Positions 28,587 through 45,257 of a stretch of 64,000 nt of DNA are shown here, in pieces. Position numbers and translations under genes: made by a program. The stretch is taken from the NCBI RefSeq assembly GCF_009914755.1, contig NC_060927.1; one strand, 5' to 3'. The DNA is from the human T2T-CHM13v2.0 reference genome, Homo sapiens. The notes below the pieces were generated by a model that did not search any database, was not told the DNA's origin, and saw only the letters and a program-made list of their open reading frames with translations. How positions within the stretch are numbered: position 1 is the first letter of the stretch; each line of letters starts with the position of its first letter.

Positions 28587-30260
28587 TAAACATTTTAATA
28601 AGTAGTAATTGAATCCAAGAATGAACACTGGGAAGCTTAGAGCTGAAAGTGACTTCAGTGGACATATCTGCAGTTGTTTCTGGAGCACTGGGGATTGTAG
28701 CACATTTAAATCATTAATTCAACACCATTGTTGTGCTTCTACTCAATCTTTAGACCCTGGGCTACCAAAACATACAAAACAGACAGAAGTCTCTGCCTTC
28801 AGAGACCTTACAGTCTAGTGGTGAAAGTTCTAGCAGTGGGGAGGAGGGCATGGACACAGTGGGGTTTCTGCTGGTCTGGCAACCTTTATTCTTTTACTTG
28901 GTCACTGACATGGATACCTCTGAAGGTCGGCTGACTTTTTTGCTTTCTCACTTTGCTTCTGCCCCAACCCAGAGTGCTGGAAGCACACCTGTGGCTCCCC
29001 TTGCTCCCATCTCCTCTTAAGTGTGCACCACAAGTCCTGATTTGATAGTCAAACTCATCTATAAAGCAGTTGAGCATTCTCCCTCCAGCCTGGCTCCAGC
29101 ATGCCCTTGATACAATGGAAGCTCACCTGTGGCCTGTTCTGTCTGGCTTCTAGCCCACCCAGCCCCTTAACGCCTGCTTCAACCCCTTTATTCAGCTGCA
29201 TTCTCCTTTGCTAACTCAATGTGGCATATGCTCTAACTTTGGAATATTCCACCATAATTTTTTGAAAGCTAGCTTAGTTTATTCCTCAAAGGCCTAAAAT
29301 AATACTTGTCACATAAGACATTCTTTGTGGCATTTCTTTGGGGTGAGTTCAAACAACAGTGTATGTGTGTGTGCATGCATGCATACGCACACATATGTAC
29401 ACACATGTGTTCTCCTTCCCCCAAATAAATATTAAATATATTCTTCTGGTTTTCCTGTATTTGTACATTTCTATACTTAGCAGAGTGTTAGGGCCCAGTG
29501 CAAGTTTAATTTTGCTCTGCTGTGCCATCCAAATAGCAAAGGGCAATATGGAACCTGCAAATTGCAAAATTTTGGAAGGTTATTCTAACATTACATTTGA
29601 ATTGCTTAATTTAATTTTCACTTTGAATCAGTTGCTAAGCAACTGGGAAGGCAGGGCAAAATCAGCAAGGCTAATTTCGTTCTGTTACTAGTATGTTAGC
29701 ATCTCTTATATTTACACAGACAGTTGGTTGTAAATACACTTAATGCAATGCAATGCTCTGTTTCGCCCAAGGAAAATAGTTGATGTGGAAGTTGGAGCAA
29801 GGCTTTGGTTGGATTGATGTTATTTAAATACACCCTCTCACCTTAGGGGAATGTAAAGTTATCGGAAGTTTTGAGCTTGTGATGTAGCCCCTTTGTTAGG
29901 TGACGTGCTTGACTTGCTGGTACTGTGAACAGTTGTAAAATGCTTTCCATTGTCTGTTATCCTTTGGCATCATGAATCCACCCTGAGTGTCCCCCACATC
30001 TACCTAAATCAGTTTTTTGGGAATGCATACCACTTAGTGTCATCATATGAAGCATGCTGGAGAGAAAAGGTCATTTTACTCTCTATAGCTTACTATTGGT
30101 GAAAACTGACATTGTTAACCCCATTTGGTCCATAAAGTAAGTCATGTGTCAAATGTTAATGCCAGTGACTTAAATATCTTGAATATTTTAAAAAGTCATG
30201 TGGTCATTAAGGAAGCCATTCTGGCCCAACCCAGTTTCCCGAATTAGATTAAGATTAAAC

Positions 30261-30569
<309 letters not shown>

Positions 30570-31400
30570 TTAAACTATAATGCAGTATTCTGTTATTTGT
30601 TGTTTATTATAGTTTTATATTATCATTAACACCTTGAAACACATAGATGCTTTGGGATAATGTTCAGGCCTGTGTCAAAGATGGGATAGTTAATGTAAAC
30701 TACTGTCTCCTGGTCATGTATGGTTATTCATGGAGTGAATGGAGAATTCACATATATTAATATTAAGCTGGTAGGAAAACTGCTGCTCTGGATGTAATGT
30801 CATTAAATTGCCACTAATATAGCAAATGACCATGACCTGTGTCTTTCCTAAGAGGTGGGGAGAGCAGATTGGTCTTTTAAACTGGTCTCCTGCTTTATCT
30901 TTTGTTTTCCAAAGTCCTAGAGAGTATCTTTCATATGCAGTAGAAATTATTCAGTAGATGGATTAGATTCTTGATAAAGATAGCTATCATGGTCCCATAT
31001 TTACCTTATAACTGCCTGTGACTAGGTAGAAATATTTAGTGATGAAGGAGATTACAGAAACTGGAAAAATACCTATTCTACAATTAAGTGATCTTTTTTT
31101 TTTTTTTTTCTGAACAGTCTCAGGTATTTGTGTATGCAGTACATAGTAACAGTTAATTATGGATCATGACTAGAAGAAAGAGTGATCTGAATTAGAGGAA
31201 AGACCTAGTGTTTATGTACTTGACTGCAAATCCATTTTTCTTATTTTGAGATATTTATTTGACTAGGACAATAGCTAGGTATTTACCTGTTCAAGGCACT
31301 TTAAGGGAATCGGTTTTAATGAATAGGTAAGAATAAATGTACAGTTAGTAACTTCCTTAAATGCTTGTCCAGACCTACTTTCAGGGTGTCATTTTTCTGA

Positions 31401-31730
<330 letters not shown>

Positions 31731-31884
31731 CAAGTTCATTAATTTTACTCTTCAGATATTTACTATTTGAAAACTCAGTATGTCAAAATGTAAACTTTTC
31801 ATGGGGAGTGTCAATTTTAAATATTGGTTTCCTAGAGTAGTTATTGGTTTGTTGATGACATATCCCTGTCAGAAAAATCTGGTG

Positions 31885-32033
31885 AAGCCCAAATATTAGC
31901 TACTTGAGAAGCTGAGGCAGGAGGATGGCTTCAGTCCAGGAGTTCCAGGCTGTAGTGTGCTATGATTGTCTGTGAATAGCCATTGCACTCCAGCCTGGGC
32001 AACATAGCAAGTCCCTATCTCTTTAAAAAAAAA
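31885..32033 (+). mobile_element. FAM-like fossil Alu monomer
   Basis: Retains the 7SL-type segment gtgtgctatgat...tgtgaatagccattgcactcc. Confidence 0.75.
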
Positions 32034-32058
32034 ATTGGTGGCTATACCCTAAACTTTC

Positions 32059-32083
32059 TGTGTGTGTGTGTGTGTGTGTGTGT
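32059..32083. repeat. (TG)n microsatellite
   Basis: Seen directly. Confidence 0.95.
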
Positions 32084-32567
32084 ATTTTTAAAAGTTACAA
32101 ACGTGTATTATTGTAGTAACACATTGTAGGCAATATAAAACAAGTGGAAAGTAGAAGGTAATAACTCAGATTAAGATTAAACAATAATGTACCCTGTTAT
32201 TTATGATGGTTTCATATTATCATTAATACCTTAAAACACATAGATGCTTTAGGGTAATGTTCATCATTAAAAACAATATTTTAAGTGGTTTTAGTTATGA
32301 TTTTTAATGTCTGGATGGCTTTTTCCAGATCTGATTAGATCATCATTCTTTTTGCTTTACAAGAGCTCTAAGGGAAGGGTTGGTTCTGCCTTTTTTGGTT
32401 TGCTGGGTTGCATTACTATTACCTTTGATGTTTTGATTTTTCTGCAGAAATCTTTTGAAGCCACTTGTCCATTTTATGAATGTTGGTTATACCACATAAG
32501 ACAATGTATAAAGTTGTATAAACCGAGGCATGCTAAATGGAAGCACATCGCAGTGCACTGAGAGTGA

Positions 32568-32994
<427 letters not shown>

Positions 32995-33150
32995 TGTAAT
33001 ATTTTTTCTAAATTGAATAGTACTGAAGAGAGTTGGATTTGTATAAAAAAAAAAATACTTGTATGCATTGTTGTATACAGCAAGGACTATTTGTCCTTGT
33101 ATTTATTTGTTCATTGTAAAGGAAATGAGATAACTATGGGGTAGCATTAA

Positions 33151-33380
33151 CAACGTGGCAAAACCCATCCCTACTAAAATATAAAAAATTAGCCAGGCTT
33201 GGTGGCATGTGCCTGTAGTCCCAGCTACTCAGGAGGCTGAAGCAGGAGAGTCACTGGAACCCAGGAGGCGGAGGTCGCAGTGAGCCGAGGTTGTGCCACT
33301 GCACTCCAGTCTGGGTGACAGAGGGAGACTCAGTCTTAAAAACAAAAACAAAAAAGCAAAACAAACAAAAAAAACACAAA
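33151..33380 (+). mobile_element. 5'-truncated Alu
   Basis: End of left arm, linker, right arm and A-rich tail. Confidence 0.9.
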
Positions 33381-33636
33381 ACACTGAATTTGTACAGCTC
33401 TGCTACCAAGTGGTTCTGTAGAACAATCGACTCACTTTCTTTAAGCCTTGGTTTCCTCGGCGGTGGTGGCAATTAAATTCAAAAAGAGATTTGTCAAAGA
33501 GCTTTGTACTCTCATTTTATATCTATGTATGATGTAATTTTATGTAATTTTTTAAGTGGAAAGCCTTTTTTTTTTCCTTAGGCTGAGTCTCTATACACCC
33601 TCAATGGCAATTTCTGTTTGTTTGCTTCACTTCTAG

Positions 33637-33752
33637 ACTGCCTCTTTAAGCTATGTCCCATGAACCGCTACTCTGCCCAAAAGCAGTTCTGGAAAGCCGC
33701 TAAGCCTGGGGCCAACAGCACCACAGACGCAGTGCTACTCAACAAACTGCAC
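33637..33752 (+). CDS. ITPR1: ITPR1 coding exon (exon 5 in usual numbering), ~D55-H93, suppressor domain
   Basis: ttctag|ACTGCC...CTGCAC|gtacgt; 116 nt; translates (D)[38 protein letters not shown], matching IP3R1. Confidence 0.98.
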
Positions 33753-33994
33753 GTACGTATTGCCATGGGGCTGTCGATGGGGCAGTAGTGAGTGGCTGCC
33801 TTGGTGGTATCTGGGTGTAATGGTGGGAGACTGCTTATGCAACCCTCCAATTCTAGCAGCCAGCTTTCTACTTTTTTTTTCGTGAAGGGGTAGAAGGGAA
33901 CCGACCGTAGAGAGGGATAGATCCTAGTCATCTTGAGATGTCTGGAGAGTTCTTCTTTTCTCAGCCACTCTCTTTGCATGGGTAGCTTTGGATG

Positions 33995-34235
33995 GAGAAG
34001 TGGTTATGAGTACAGGCACTGGAAGCAAACTGCCTGGAATGGAATCCTGCCTCCACCACTCAGCAACTGGTGCTCTTGGGCACGTTATGTGCTGTTTTCC
34101 ACTTCTGTTATGTCACCTGTAAAATGGAAATGGCAGTACCCACCTCAGGAGGTCATTGTGAGGATTACAGAAAATGAGACATAAAAGCCACATGAATGGT
34201 GCCTGGCACATAATAAATGCTTGATAAGTTTTGGC
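33995..34235 (+). mobile_element. MIR
   Basis: gtggttatgagtacaggcactgga...ctgtaaaatgg...gtgcctggcacataataaatgct. Confidence 0.8.
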
Positions 34236-34949
34236 TGTTAGCATTGTATCTGTTGTGTTATCTGGCATATTAAAGATGTGCTCATTCCACTGCTGACGTG
34301 CTGTGTGACCATAGCAAGTTTTTGAGCCTCTCTCATCCTGTTTCACCTTCTGTAAAATAATGACATAGTTCTTTTAGTGCCCTGCATTCCGAGGCTAATC
34401 AGGAAGTTCTCTGAGATGTTTAAAAGGAGACATGACGTATAGCCAGTGTACTAACATCGAAATTGTGCCCCATTTCCTGTTCCCTGAGCTACTTCATTTT
34501 CTCCCCGTCATGTAACATCATCTTTCTAATGTATTTTGGTTACTGGCTGCCTCCCTCCTCTGGCATGTGAGTTTCTTGAGGGCCCAGGTCTGTGTCAGTG
34601 TTGCTTGTTGCAGTGGGCTTTGTGTCTACAACAAGGTTGGGCACTTACCAGGCACTCCCATCAAATATTTCACGGAATGCACAGTGATCTTTCCTGGGGC
34701 TCAGTGATGACAGTTGAAGACCTAGAGCATCTGTGAGCCCCAAGCACCTCAAGAGGTCCTGCCTCTCACCTTGCTCCATTTTTGACCAGCGTATGGCTAA
34801 GTCACAGCCAGCTGCATTTGGTCAGGTGAGGGTCACGTGAAGGGAGTCCTACATGCAGTGTGTGTTGTTTCAGACGGGCTGTGATGAAAAGCCCAGGCTC
34901 CTCACCTCAGGGAGCTTACAGTCCAGCATGAGGACACCTAAGCTCACTC

Positions 34950-35492
34950 CCATTGAACCTAAAGTGAAATCCAGACTTTCTGTCATCATCTACAAGATGG
35001 TCCATGCCTGGACCCTGCTGCCCCCACAGAGGCTTCTTAACTACATTCTGGCCGTATGAGCTTTATTTTATTTTATTTTATTTTATATTTTATTTTATTT
35101 TTTGAGCACCTCAGACTCTCAACTGTCACATGACCTTTGCACCCTCAGTTTGTCCTGTTGAGAACATTGTTTTCCTGGCTCTTCTTGAGCTAGGACTTTG
35201 AGCCTTTGTGTCTCAGCCGAAGTGTCATCTCAGCAAGGTCTTCCCCTCCCACCTTATCTAAGAGATGTCTTGCTTGTTTTTCTCCATGATAGCACCCTGC
35301 TTATATCTTTCTCAGCACTGATCAGGGTCTGCAATTATATTTAGTAGCTTCGTTAATTATCACCTGTCGCTTATTAGAATGACAGCTCTACCAGGTGGTG
35401 GCATTATCTCTCTTGCTCACTGCTGTATCCCAGCTTCTGTAATAGTGTCTGGCACATAGTAGGTGCTCGGAAATAATTACTGAATAATGAAT
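34950..35492 (+). mobile_element. L2 3' end
   Basis: tgtctggcacatagtaggtgctc...tgaataatgaatga terminus. Confidence 0.75.
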
Positions 35493-35830
35493 GAGCAGTG
35501 TGCTAGGTGCTAGAGATAGAAGTATAACAGTCTTAACCCTGTGGGAGCTGAATATCAAAGAATAAAGAGGCAGTGATAAGTACTATATTACAGGACAAAC
35601 CACACAAAGCTGTGGGAGCACATAGGAAGGGTGCCAAATCGGTCTTTGCTGGATAAGAGGGTGTGATACAGTGGTCAGGGAGGGCTTCCTGGAGGAAGAA
35701 GGAAGTGCCGAGTAAGCCTCAGTCGGAGGCACCCATGGGATTTAGAGGGTAGAAGAAGAAGAAACAATGGACTCAAAGACTTGGAGGCTAGTGATTGCTT
35801 TGAAGACTTCTGGAATTGCATCGTTATTTG
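35493..35830 (-). mobile_element. L2 fragment, antisense
   Basis: gtgtgctaggtgctagagata; gtcagggagggcttcctggaggaag. Confidence 0.6.
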
Positions 35831-36179
35831 AATAATGATGATTATATCAGACATCCTCAATCCCAACAAAAGCATTGTACCTTCTTTAGAGCAAATATTA
35901 TATGGCTTTATGAACATGGAATAAAATTCATAAATAATAGATACCAATTTTAAAAAATTATAAAGGAGAAATAAAAGGAAAGTAATAAATTATATAGTAA
36001 ATTGAATACTCTTCTTAAGTCAATGCTCAGGGATGACTGCTCTGGAAGGCGTGAGGAAGTAAGTGCTTGCACCTCTCTGTATAAACCCCATGAGTGAGGC
36101 AGCTGTAGACTGTGACTGGTGTAGGTATATGGTATTGGCAGTGTGAAAAGCATGTTATCTGTGACGTGGTTTTCTAAAA

Positions 36180-37515
<1,336 letters not shown>

Positions 37516-37699
37516 TTTCCAAAATAATCAGCAGTTCTTAATTATATTATGAATAATGCAAAGTACACTCTTTTCTTTCTTAAGTAGTACTTGCACGTTT
37601 GGAAAATTTATTAATAGTATTAATAAAACCATGGAAAGCTGTGATTTCTGTTGATATGTAAAATGGAGTGGGGTGCTAGGTTCAGGTAATTACAGATAC

Positions 37700-37825
37700 C
37701 CCCAGGCTGGAATGCAGTGATGCCATCATGGCTCACTGCAGCCTTGACAACCTGAGCTCAAACGATCCTCCTGCCTTAGCCTCCCAGAGTGCTAGGATTA
37801 TAGGCATGGACTACTGCGCCCAGCC
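37700..37825 (-). mobile_element. Partial/monomeric old Alu
   Basis: ccaggctggaatgcagtga...ctcccagagtgctaggatta. Confidence 0.8.
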
Positions 37826-38227
37826 GACAGATAACTTTTTAACTTATGTGAATATCCAGCTGGACATACAATTGTATGGGATAAATGATGGTTCATCCTT
37901 GCATAGGATTGTAACATGCGTTCACTTTACCCAGCATCCCTAGCTCCTGTCCACTGAACATCAGTAGCACCCTCTTCCAGTCACTGCAGCAATCCATAAT
38001 CTCCTCAAAGTCTGTGCTGGGAACATGGGAATCTAGTTGAATAGGTGGGGAAGGTTGGTCAGTCCTGCATGTATGTATATTTAGTGCATATGCCCATAGG
38101 GGGCTATCTTTCTGGAGGGTCTATGTGTCTTTAGTTGTCCTCACTTTGCTTTTCTGGTATAAAGATCATTTTGTTCAGTGAGATCTTATTAATACATCTC
38201 CAACTCTTTCCTCTCCTATACTTTTTA

Positions 38228-38570
38228 CCACAGGGGTTGTAAATTCAGATTCCTCTTGGCCATACGGGAAATCAACAGGAATAAAGTGGGCTTGGTGGGT
38301 AGTGTTGCCAAGTGGAGAGTCCCATGGGTGGGTCTGGAGGGGCAGCTCTACTTCCCTACTGTCACTGCTTGGGAATGTGGGCTGAGAGCTGCTGCCACGT
38401 CTTCCACTTTTTAAGAGAAGATAAAAATCCATGCTTTTAGTGTAGTATCTCAATTTTAAAAAGATGTTGGGAACTAATTCAATTAAGGCTTGAAATATAC
38501 ACTCAACACCAAAAGAAATGGCTCAGGCTGGATGTGGTTCTTCAGCCCCATTTGCAACCTGTGCTCTATA
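38228..38570 (+). mobile_element. MER102-like hAT MITE
   Basis: Termini caggggttgtaaa and tttgcaacctgtg; tttttaagagaag...gggaactaattcaa. Confidence 0.6.
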
Positions 38571-38774
38571 TGTTATGTTTCATCAGCAAGTCCTTTCGAC
38601 ACTCCTTCCTATGAATGAACTGTGAAGAAAACAGCATGGTTGAAAAAAGTTCAATCATAAGGTGATCAAAAATGGTCAACTCCTTATTAAAAAGAAAAAA
38701 GAGAAAAACAGAAATCTCTCTCATGCTGTTTATGTTTTTAAAAAATAAAAAAGGAAGCCAGTTCTTTTCCCTGA

Positions 38775-39109
<335 letters not shown>

Positions 39110-40087
39110 TCAGGTCTTGAATGTTGACTTTGTGCTTCACTTTCTGCAGTTCCTACTTTCCTACTTAGCTGGAACTTTTCCCCCTAGTGTCTTAAAGTTA
39201 TCTACATATTTCATTCAATTTACATTCCCACCAGCCAATACGATGTTGTATTTTGGACAGCCACTTTGCCTTTGGAACTGATGGCCAGTCTCCAGTGGGT
39301 TTTCATTTTTATTTTTCTCAACTACTATGCAGCACCCCAATCAGAAGTCAGACTATTTTAAATTAATGCCATTTAAGGAATTAGTTGTCTAGACCACTTG
39401 ACTTCCTTTTGACTAGGATGAGCAACATCAACAGCACTTTGAAGGAGAGTGACATCTAGTGGCTGGATACTGTCTATGCTTTTTCCTTCTGCAGGAATAA
39501 CTGGATTTTGACTCTCTTGGTCATGTTTTCCTAAGGGTCTCTTGACAAAATGAGCTTCTTCCCATCCGCAAATCACATAAATTTCTTCTAAAGGCCATTA
39601 CTACTGTTTTCTGACAGCAGCATAGCTGTTACCTTGAAACAAGCACCTACATTGTTTTGTTCTGAGAAATGATTACTTAAGTCACAGCTTTGACCAGCTA
39701 GGAAGAGCTAGAGGAGTGACAGGTCCTTATTGTCTGGGTACTACATTGCTTGTTTTTAGAAGCCTTGCTTCAATATCGCATTACATGATTCAGAGCTTGT
39801 TGACTTTAACAAAATAACCTTTCCTTACTGTTTCAGTCACCTTTCTATTGTCATTCGATAATAGTTTCTCTGTTGCTGAAATAAAATAACAGGTGGCTAT
39901 GATGGGGCAGACCTTGATGTTGCTTAGGGAACATGGTGAATAATAGTGGTGGAACCATTTCATAGAGTGTTTTTTTTCCCCTTAGAAATTAAAAACAGCC
40001 CGCAACCCATTATTCAAGGGAAAAGAGTAATAGATATTTAAATTATCAGGATTTTAAAGTAATGAAAAGGTAACACATTTAAGATGC

Positions 40088-40381
40088 CTTTTTCTTTTTT
40101 TTTTGAGACAGTCTCACCACTCTATCACCCACGCTGGTGTGCAGTGACATGTTCCCGGCTCACTGCAGCCTCAGCCTCCTGAGCTTAAGTGATCCTCCCA
40201 CCTCCCTGCCCAGTAGCTGGGACCACAGGCACACACCACCATGCCTGGCTAATTTTTGTATTTTTTGAAGAGTTGGGGTTTTGCCACATTGCCCAGGCTG
40301 GTCTTGAACTCCTGAGCTGAAGCAATCCACCCACCTCGGCCTCCCAAAGTGCCAGGATTACAGACATGAGCCATGGCATGA
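40088..40381 (-). mobile_element. AluJ-like
   Basis: Antisense Alu body. Confidence 0.93.
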
Positions 40382-40644
40382 CTTTAAAAAATTCAGAGTA
40401 CCTGACACAGAGACATGATGAAGGTGTTTTTGAAGAAACTACACACTTGTATTTTAGGAGGAGTATTCCAAAATCTGTGAGTAGGAAAAGCAAAAAAATA
40501 TTAATTGATGTGATTCGTAAATTGTGTTCCTCAAAGATAACCTTGGGTTTTATTTTGATGTTTTCCCTACTCTCCTACCCCCTATTCTGTTCCTGTGTCT
40601 CCACATTTTAAAGTATCAACAGGAGTGTGCTATTCACTTCCCTT

Positions 40645-40916
40645 TCTTGTTGCCCAGGCTGGAGTACAGTGGTGCGATCTTGGCTCACTGCAACCTCCAC
40701 CTCCTGGGTTCAAGTGATTCTCCTGCCTCAGCTTCCTGAGTAGCTGGGATTACAGGCATGCACCACCACACCTGGCTAATTTTTGGGGGTATTTTTAGTA
40801 GAAACGGGGTTTGGCCATGTTGGCCAGGCTGGTGTTGAACCCCTGACTTCAGGTGATCTGCCCGCCTCAGCCTTCCAAAGTGCTAGGATTACAGGCGTGA
40901 GCCACCGTACCTGGCC
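40645..40916 (-). mobile_element. AluS-like lacking a poly(A) tail
   Basis: Begins tcttgttgcccaggctgg. Confidence 0.92.
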
Positions 40917-41178
40917 TCTATCCTCATTTTTAATGGCTACACGGTTACTTCCTTGTTTGGCAGTACTGTCATTTTAGATAAGCAGCCTCTATGGGCAGAC
41001 GTTAGGTAGGGAGTGATATTCAGGATCTTGACAACATTTGCCATTCTGAAAAAAGTTGTATGGCCTTGTGCATATGCCAGGTTGTCCTCTTAGGAGAAAC
41101 TCCTAGAAGTGGAATTGTTAAGTCAATGTTATGTTGAGTGAAAAGTTTTTTGGTCAATATTGCCTGAGTATCCTTTAG

Positions 41179-41518
<340 letters not shown>

Positions 41519-41696
41519 AAAAGGTGCTAACTCAGTATCTCACAGTGAGGGCCCATTCTTGGAATGTACTTGAGGGATTTAACCAACCAGATCTCATTCT
41601 TTCTGAGGGTAGAAACAGCCTTGATCAGTGGCCTGTAGTGTTTGTACCTTGTTACCTTTTCATCTACCTTATTGCCTTGCCTCCTGTTGAACCTAA

Positions 41697-42020
<324 letters not shown>

Positions 42021-42294
42021 CAGACTTGGTTTTGTGAGGGGATTTATATAAAAACTAACATGTGAACTGAAATGAATTAAATTTGATATTTGTGCATTTA
42101 GAAAAGAAATGGGAAGTTTTCTCCTTAATGAGAACTTATAGGAAAAGTGAATTCTTAAAATGGTCCATAAGCTTAATACATTTAGTGCTAATTCAGTGGT
42201 GATGTGAAGGCTCAGGCATCATTAAACTTTATAACAGAATTAAAATAGTATTAACTCTTAGTTTAACAGAGTTTTGACAAAGTTTTAGATGTGA

Positions 42295-42618
<324 letters not shown>

Positions 42619-44689
42619 TAAGAGAAGTCTTTAGATATTTATTCTCCAATGTTGTTTTAATTTTCTGTTCTTCTCTTGCCTTTCATATGTCTTTTGACAA
42701 ATGACTATGCTCTTTAGAGCTGCTCGTGTTTAATTAGTCTTTAATGTGGAATATGCCTTCTTGATGGTTAATTTGACATTTCTTTCTAGATGAACCAGTA
42801 ACCATTGCGTTGCTGTTGTTATACTGTACTTATTCTAAGCATAGGTAGAAACATAATATTAGCATTTCTTAAACTGAAGCCATTGGACATTCTTGAGAGT
42901 AAGGGGAATGCTCATGAGCAGTTTTTCTCTTAAAGATGAGCTCTTTGATCATTTGAGTCCAAGAAATGCTACTTAAGAACTCTCTAAAGGTGAATCCTTT
43001 CAGCTTGGGCTTTGAACAGAGAAAAACCATATTTGCATGTTGGAAAATGTTATATTTTATTTTACTGAATCCATTGAGTTTTTTCCCTTTGATATTTTCC
43101 CCCTCTTGAGTTTGCAGTCAGTGTTAGCTGAGAACTCTTAAGCAGAAAGAACAAATGGCTCTCCGCAAAGAATAAGCCTTCATTCCAAATGGATGCAGTC
43201 CAATGTTATGTTTGGAAGACTACCTGCAGAACCTGTGGGTACTGTAGAAATCTCTGAAGGGAGTGTAAGCTCAGGTGTGAAATTAGGGAGAACAAGAGGT
43301 GGGAGGCTGCTAAGGAGAGTATTTATGCAGAGGAAAGAAAAGGTTCAGGAGGACTGTGCTGAGGGCAACTTGCATGCCAAAGATTGCCACGTTGCAAGCA
43401 CTGGTATTATTTCTGAATGTGTCTTGCACCCAGTGGATTTTATCCTTGTGTCACTGAGAATAGCAGACTGGTAACTAATTCCAAAAGAGAGAGAGGGAAG
43501 TTTTGAATGGGCTGTTGTTTTAAAGAGCTGATACAGATGGGGTCAACTTGCAGTGATCTATGCTAACCTGTGTGGATCATTCCCCTCCTGTAATATGGTT
43601 TCATTTTGGCTTAGAATTGCTTCTGGCAGTTCATTTTTCTCAAAAGATGTGCTTTCCTAAAAACACCTGTGTTCCAGGTAGAAATGGAACAGATGCTGAC
43701 TTTGAAGGAAACAGAAAGGTTCTTGACCTAGCCAACTTAGGTCACCTTTTGAAATGTTAATCAGCAGAACATTTCTTAGTGTTAGAAAGTAGCGTATAAT
43801 AATAATGGTTAAAATTTATGATCAAATGGCAATTATGTGTCTGGCATACATTTTCTCTGATCTCTACGATGGCCCTAAAAGGCTTGTATTGTCCCCATTT
43901 TGTGATGAGAATACTGAGTGAGGCTTGGTGGGATTCAGTAAAGAGGACAAGATAATGAAGCCGGTAGGTAGGCGACCCAAGACCACGTCCAGAAGACTCT
44001 GTGAAAATGAAGACACATTACCTGGGAAAGAGGACCCACTGGCACCTGGTAGCATCTGGCCCCAAGGAAAGGAGACCCTCTAGGAAGAGTGCCTTCGAAA
44101 CCCTTCTGAAGAACACTCTTATCATCAGGGTTTTACCATCCATCAGATTCAATACTGAATTTCTTCTCAGTTATTTTACTTCCCTTTCACCAGTCTATGT
44201 TTGGGAGATGGGTTGGGATAACAGTTTGCTGACTGCCTGGGATGAAGCCCGTTGCCCTTTACCATTATTGTAGTGTGGTAACAGTGCTTTCAGAGTTGCA
44301 CAGGTGAATGAATTCGGGAAGGTGGCCCTGCCAGACTATTCTAGAACCTTCTATTCAGCTTTACCATGTTCCCCCCCTAGCATGTCACATTTGGAATGGT
44401 AACCTCTCCCAGTCTCATTTGTGACTATACAGTTAATCCAAATGTGGATTTGAATACTATCTCTGCGACTTAATAAATGCATGGTTTAAAAAACATTATT
44501 AAGCGAAGATTTAAATGTACACAGAAGTGGAGAAAGGGTATAACAAATCCCTTTCCTACCCATCATCTAACTAGCTATGCAAGGGTGACCAAATTTTTTA
44601 ATCACTTTGAGTCAATTTCTTCTTTAAAAGTGGGATAATAATGTTCTTTTCACGGAATGATTATAAAATTGATTACATTATGATTAATG

Positions 44690-44900
44690 TCTAACAAGAA
44701 TAGCTAATAACTCCATGTGTGCTACAGTGTATCAGGTACCGTGCAGTGGAGTTCATGTGAGGTGCAGGTACCATTTGATCCTTATTTTACAAAGGAGGAG
44801 ACCCAGGCTCACTGATATTAAATAACACATTCAAGTTCACAAAACCACAAACCACCCAAATCCAGCATTTAAATTCAATCTTCTTTTACTCCAAAGCCTT
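44690..44900 (-). mobile_element. MIR
   Basis: cttattttacaaaggaggagacccaggctca. Confidence 0.6.
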
Positions 44901-45257
44901 AAAGAGGACTTTCACAGATTATAAAGGGGCTATGCAAATTCCCTCCCTCCCCGACCCTATTTTCTTTGAAGATATTTCAGCTTTTGACTTACTCTCACCC
45001 TAAGCAAATACCCATGAATTCCTTAAAGAAAGAAAAAAAAGCATTTTAAAGAAGGCAAAAAGGCCAGCCAAGCAAAGGCGGAGTGGATGGGCTGTTTGAA
45101 CCCCTTGGCTCATTTCTTGAAGCCTCAGGGTGTGTCCTCAGGGATTTGCGTATTTCGGTGGTTCTTGTATGAACTGGCGACATTTGTTCTGCGTCACTGC
45201 AGTGGGATAGAACACATGGTTTCCTCTTTGTGATCAATCTTTCTTCTCAATGCACAG

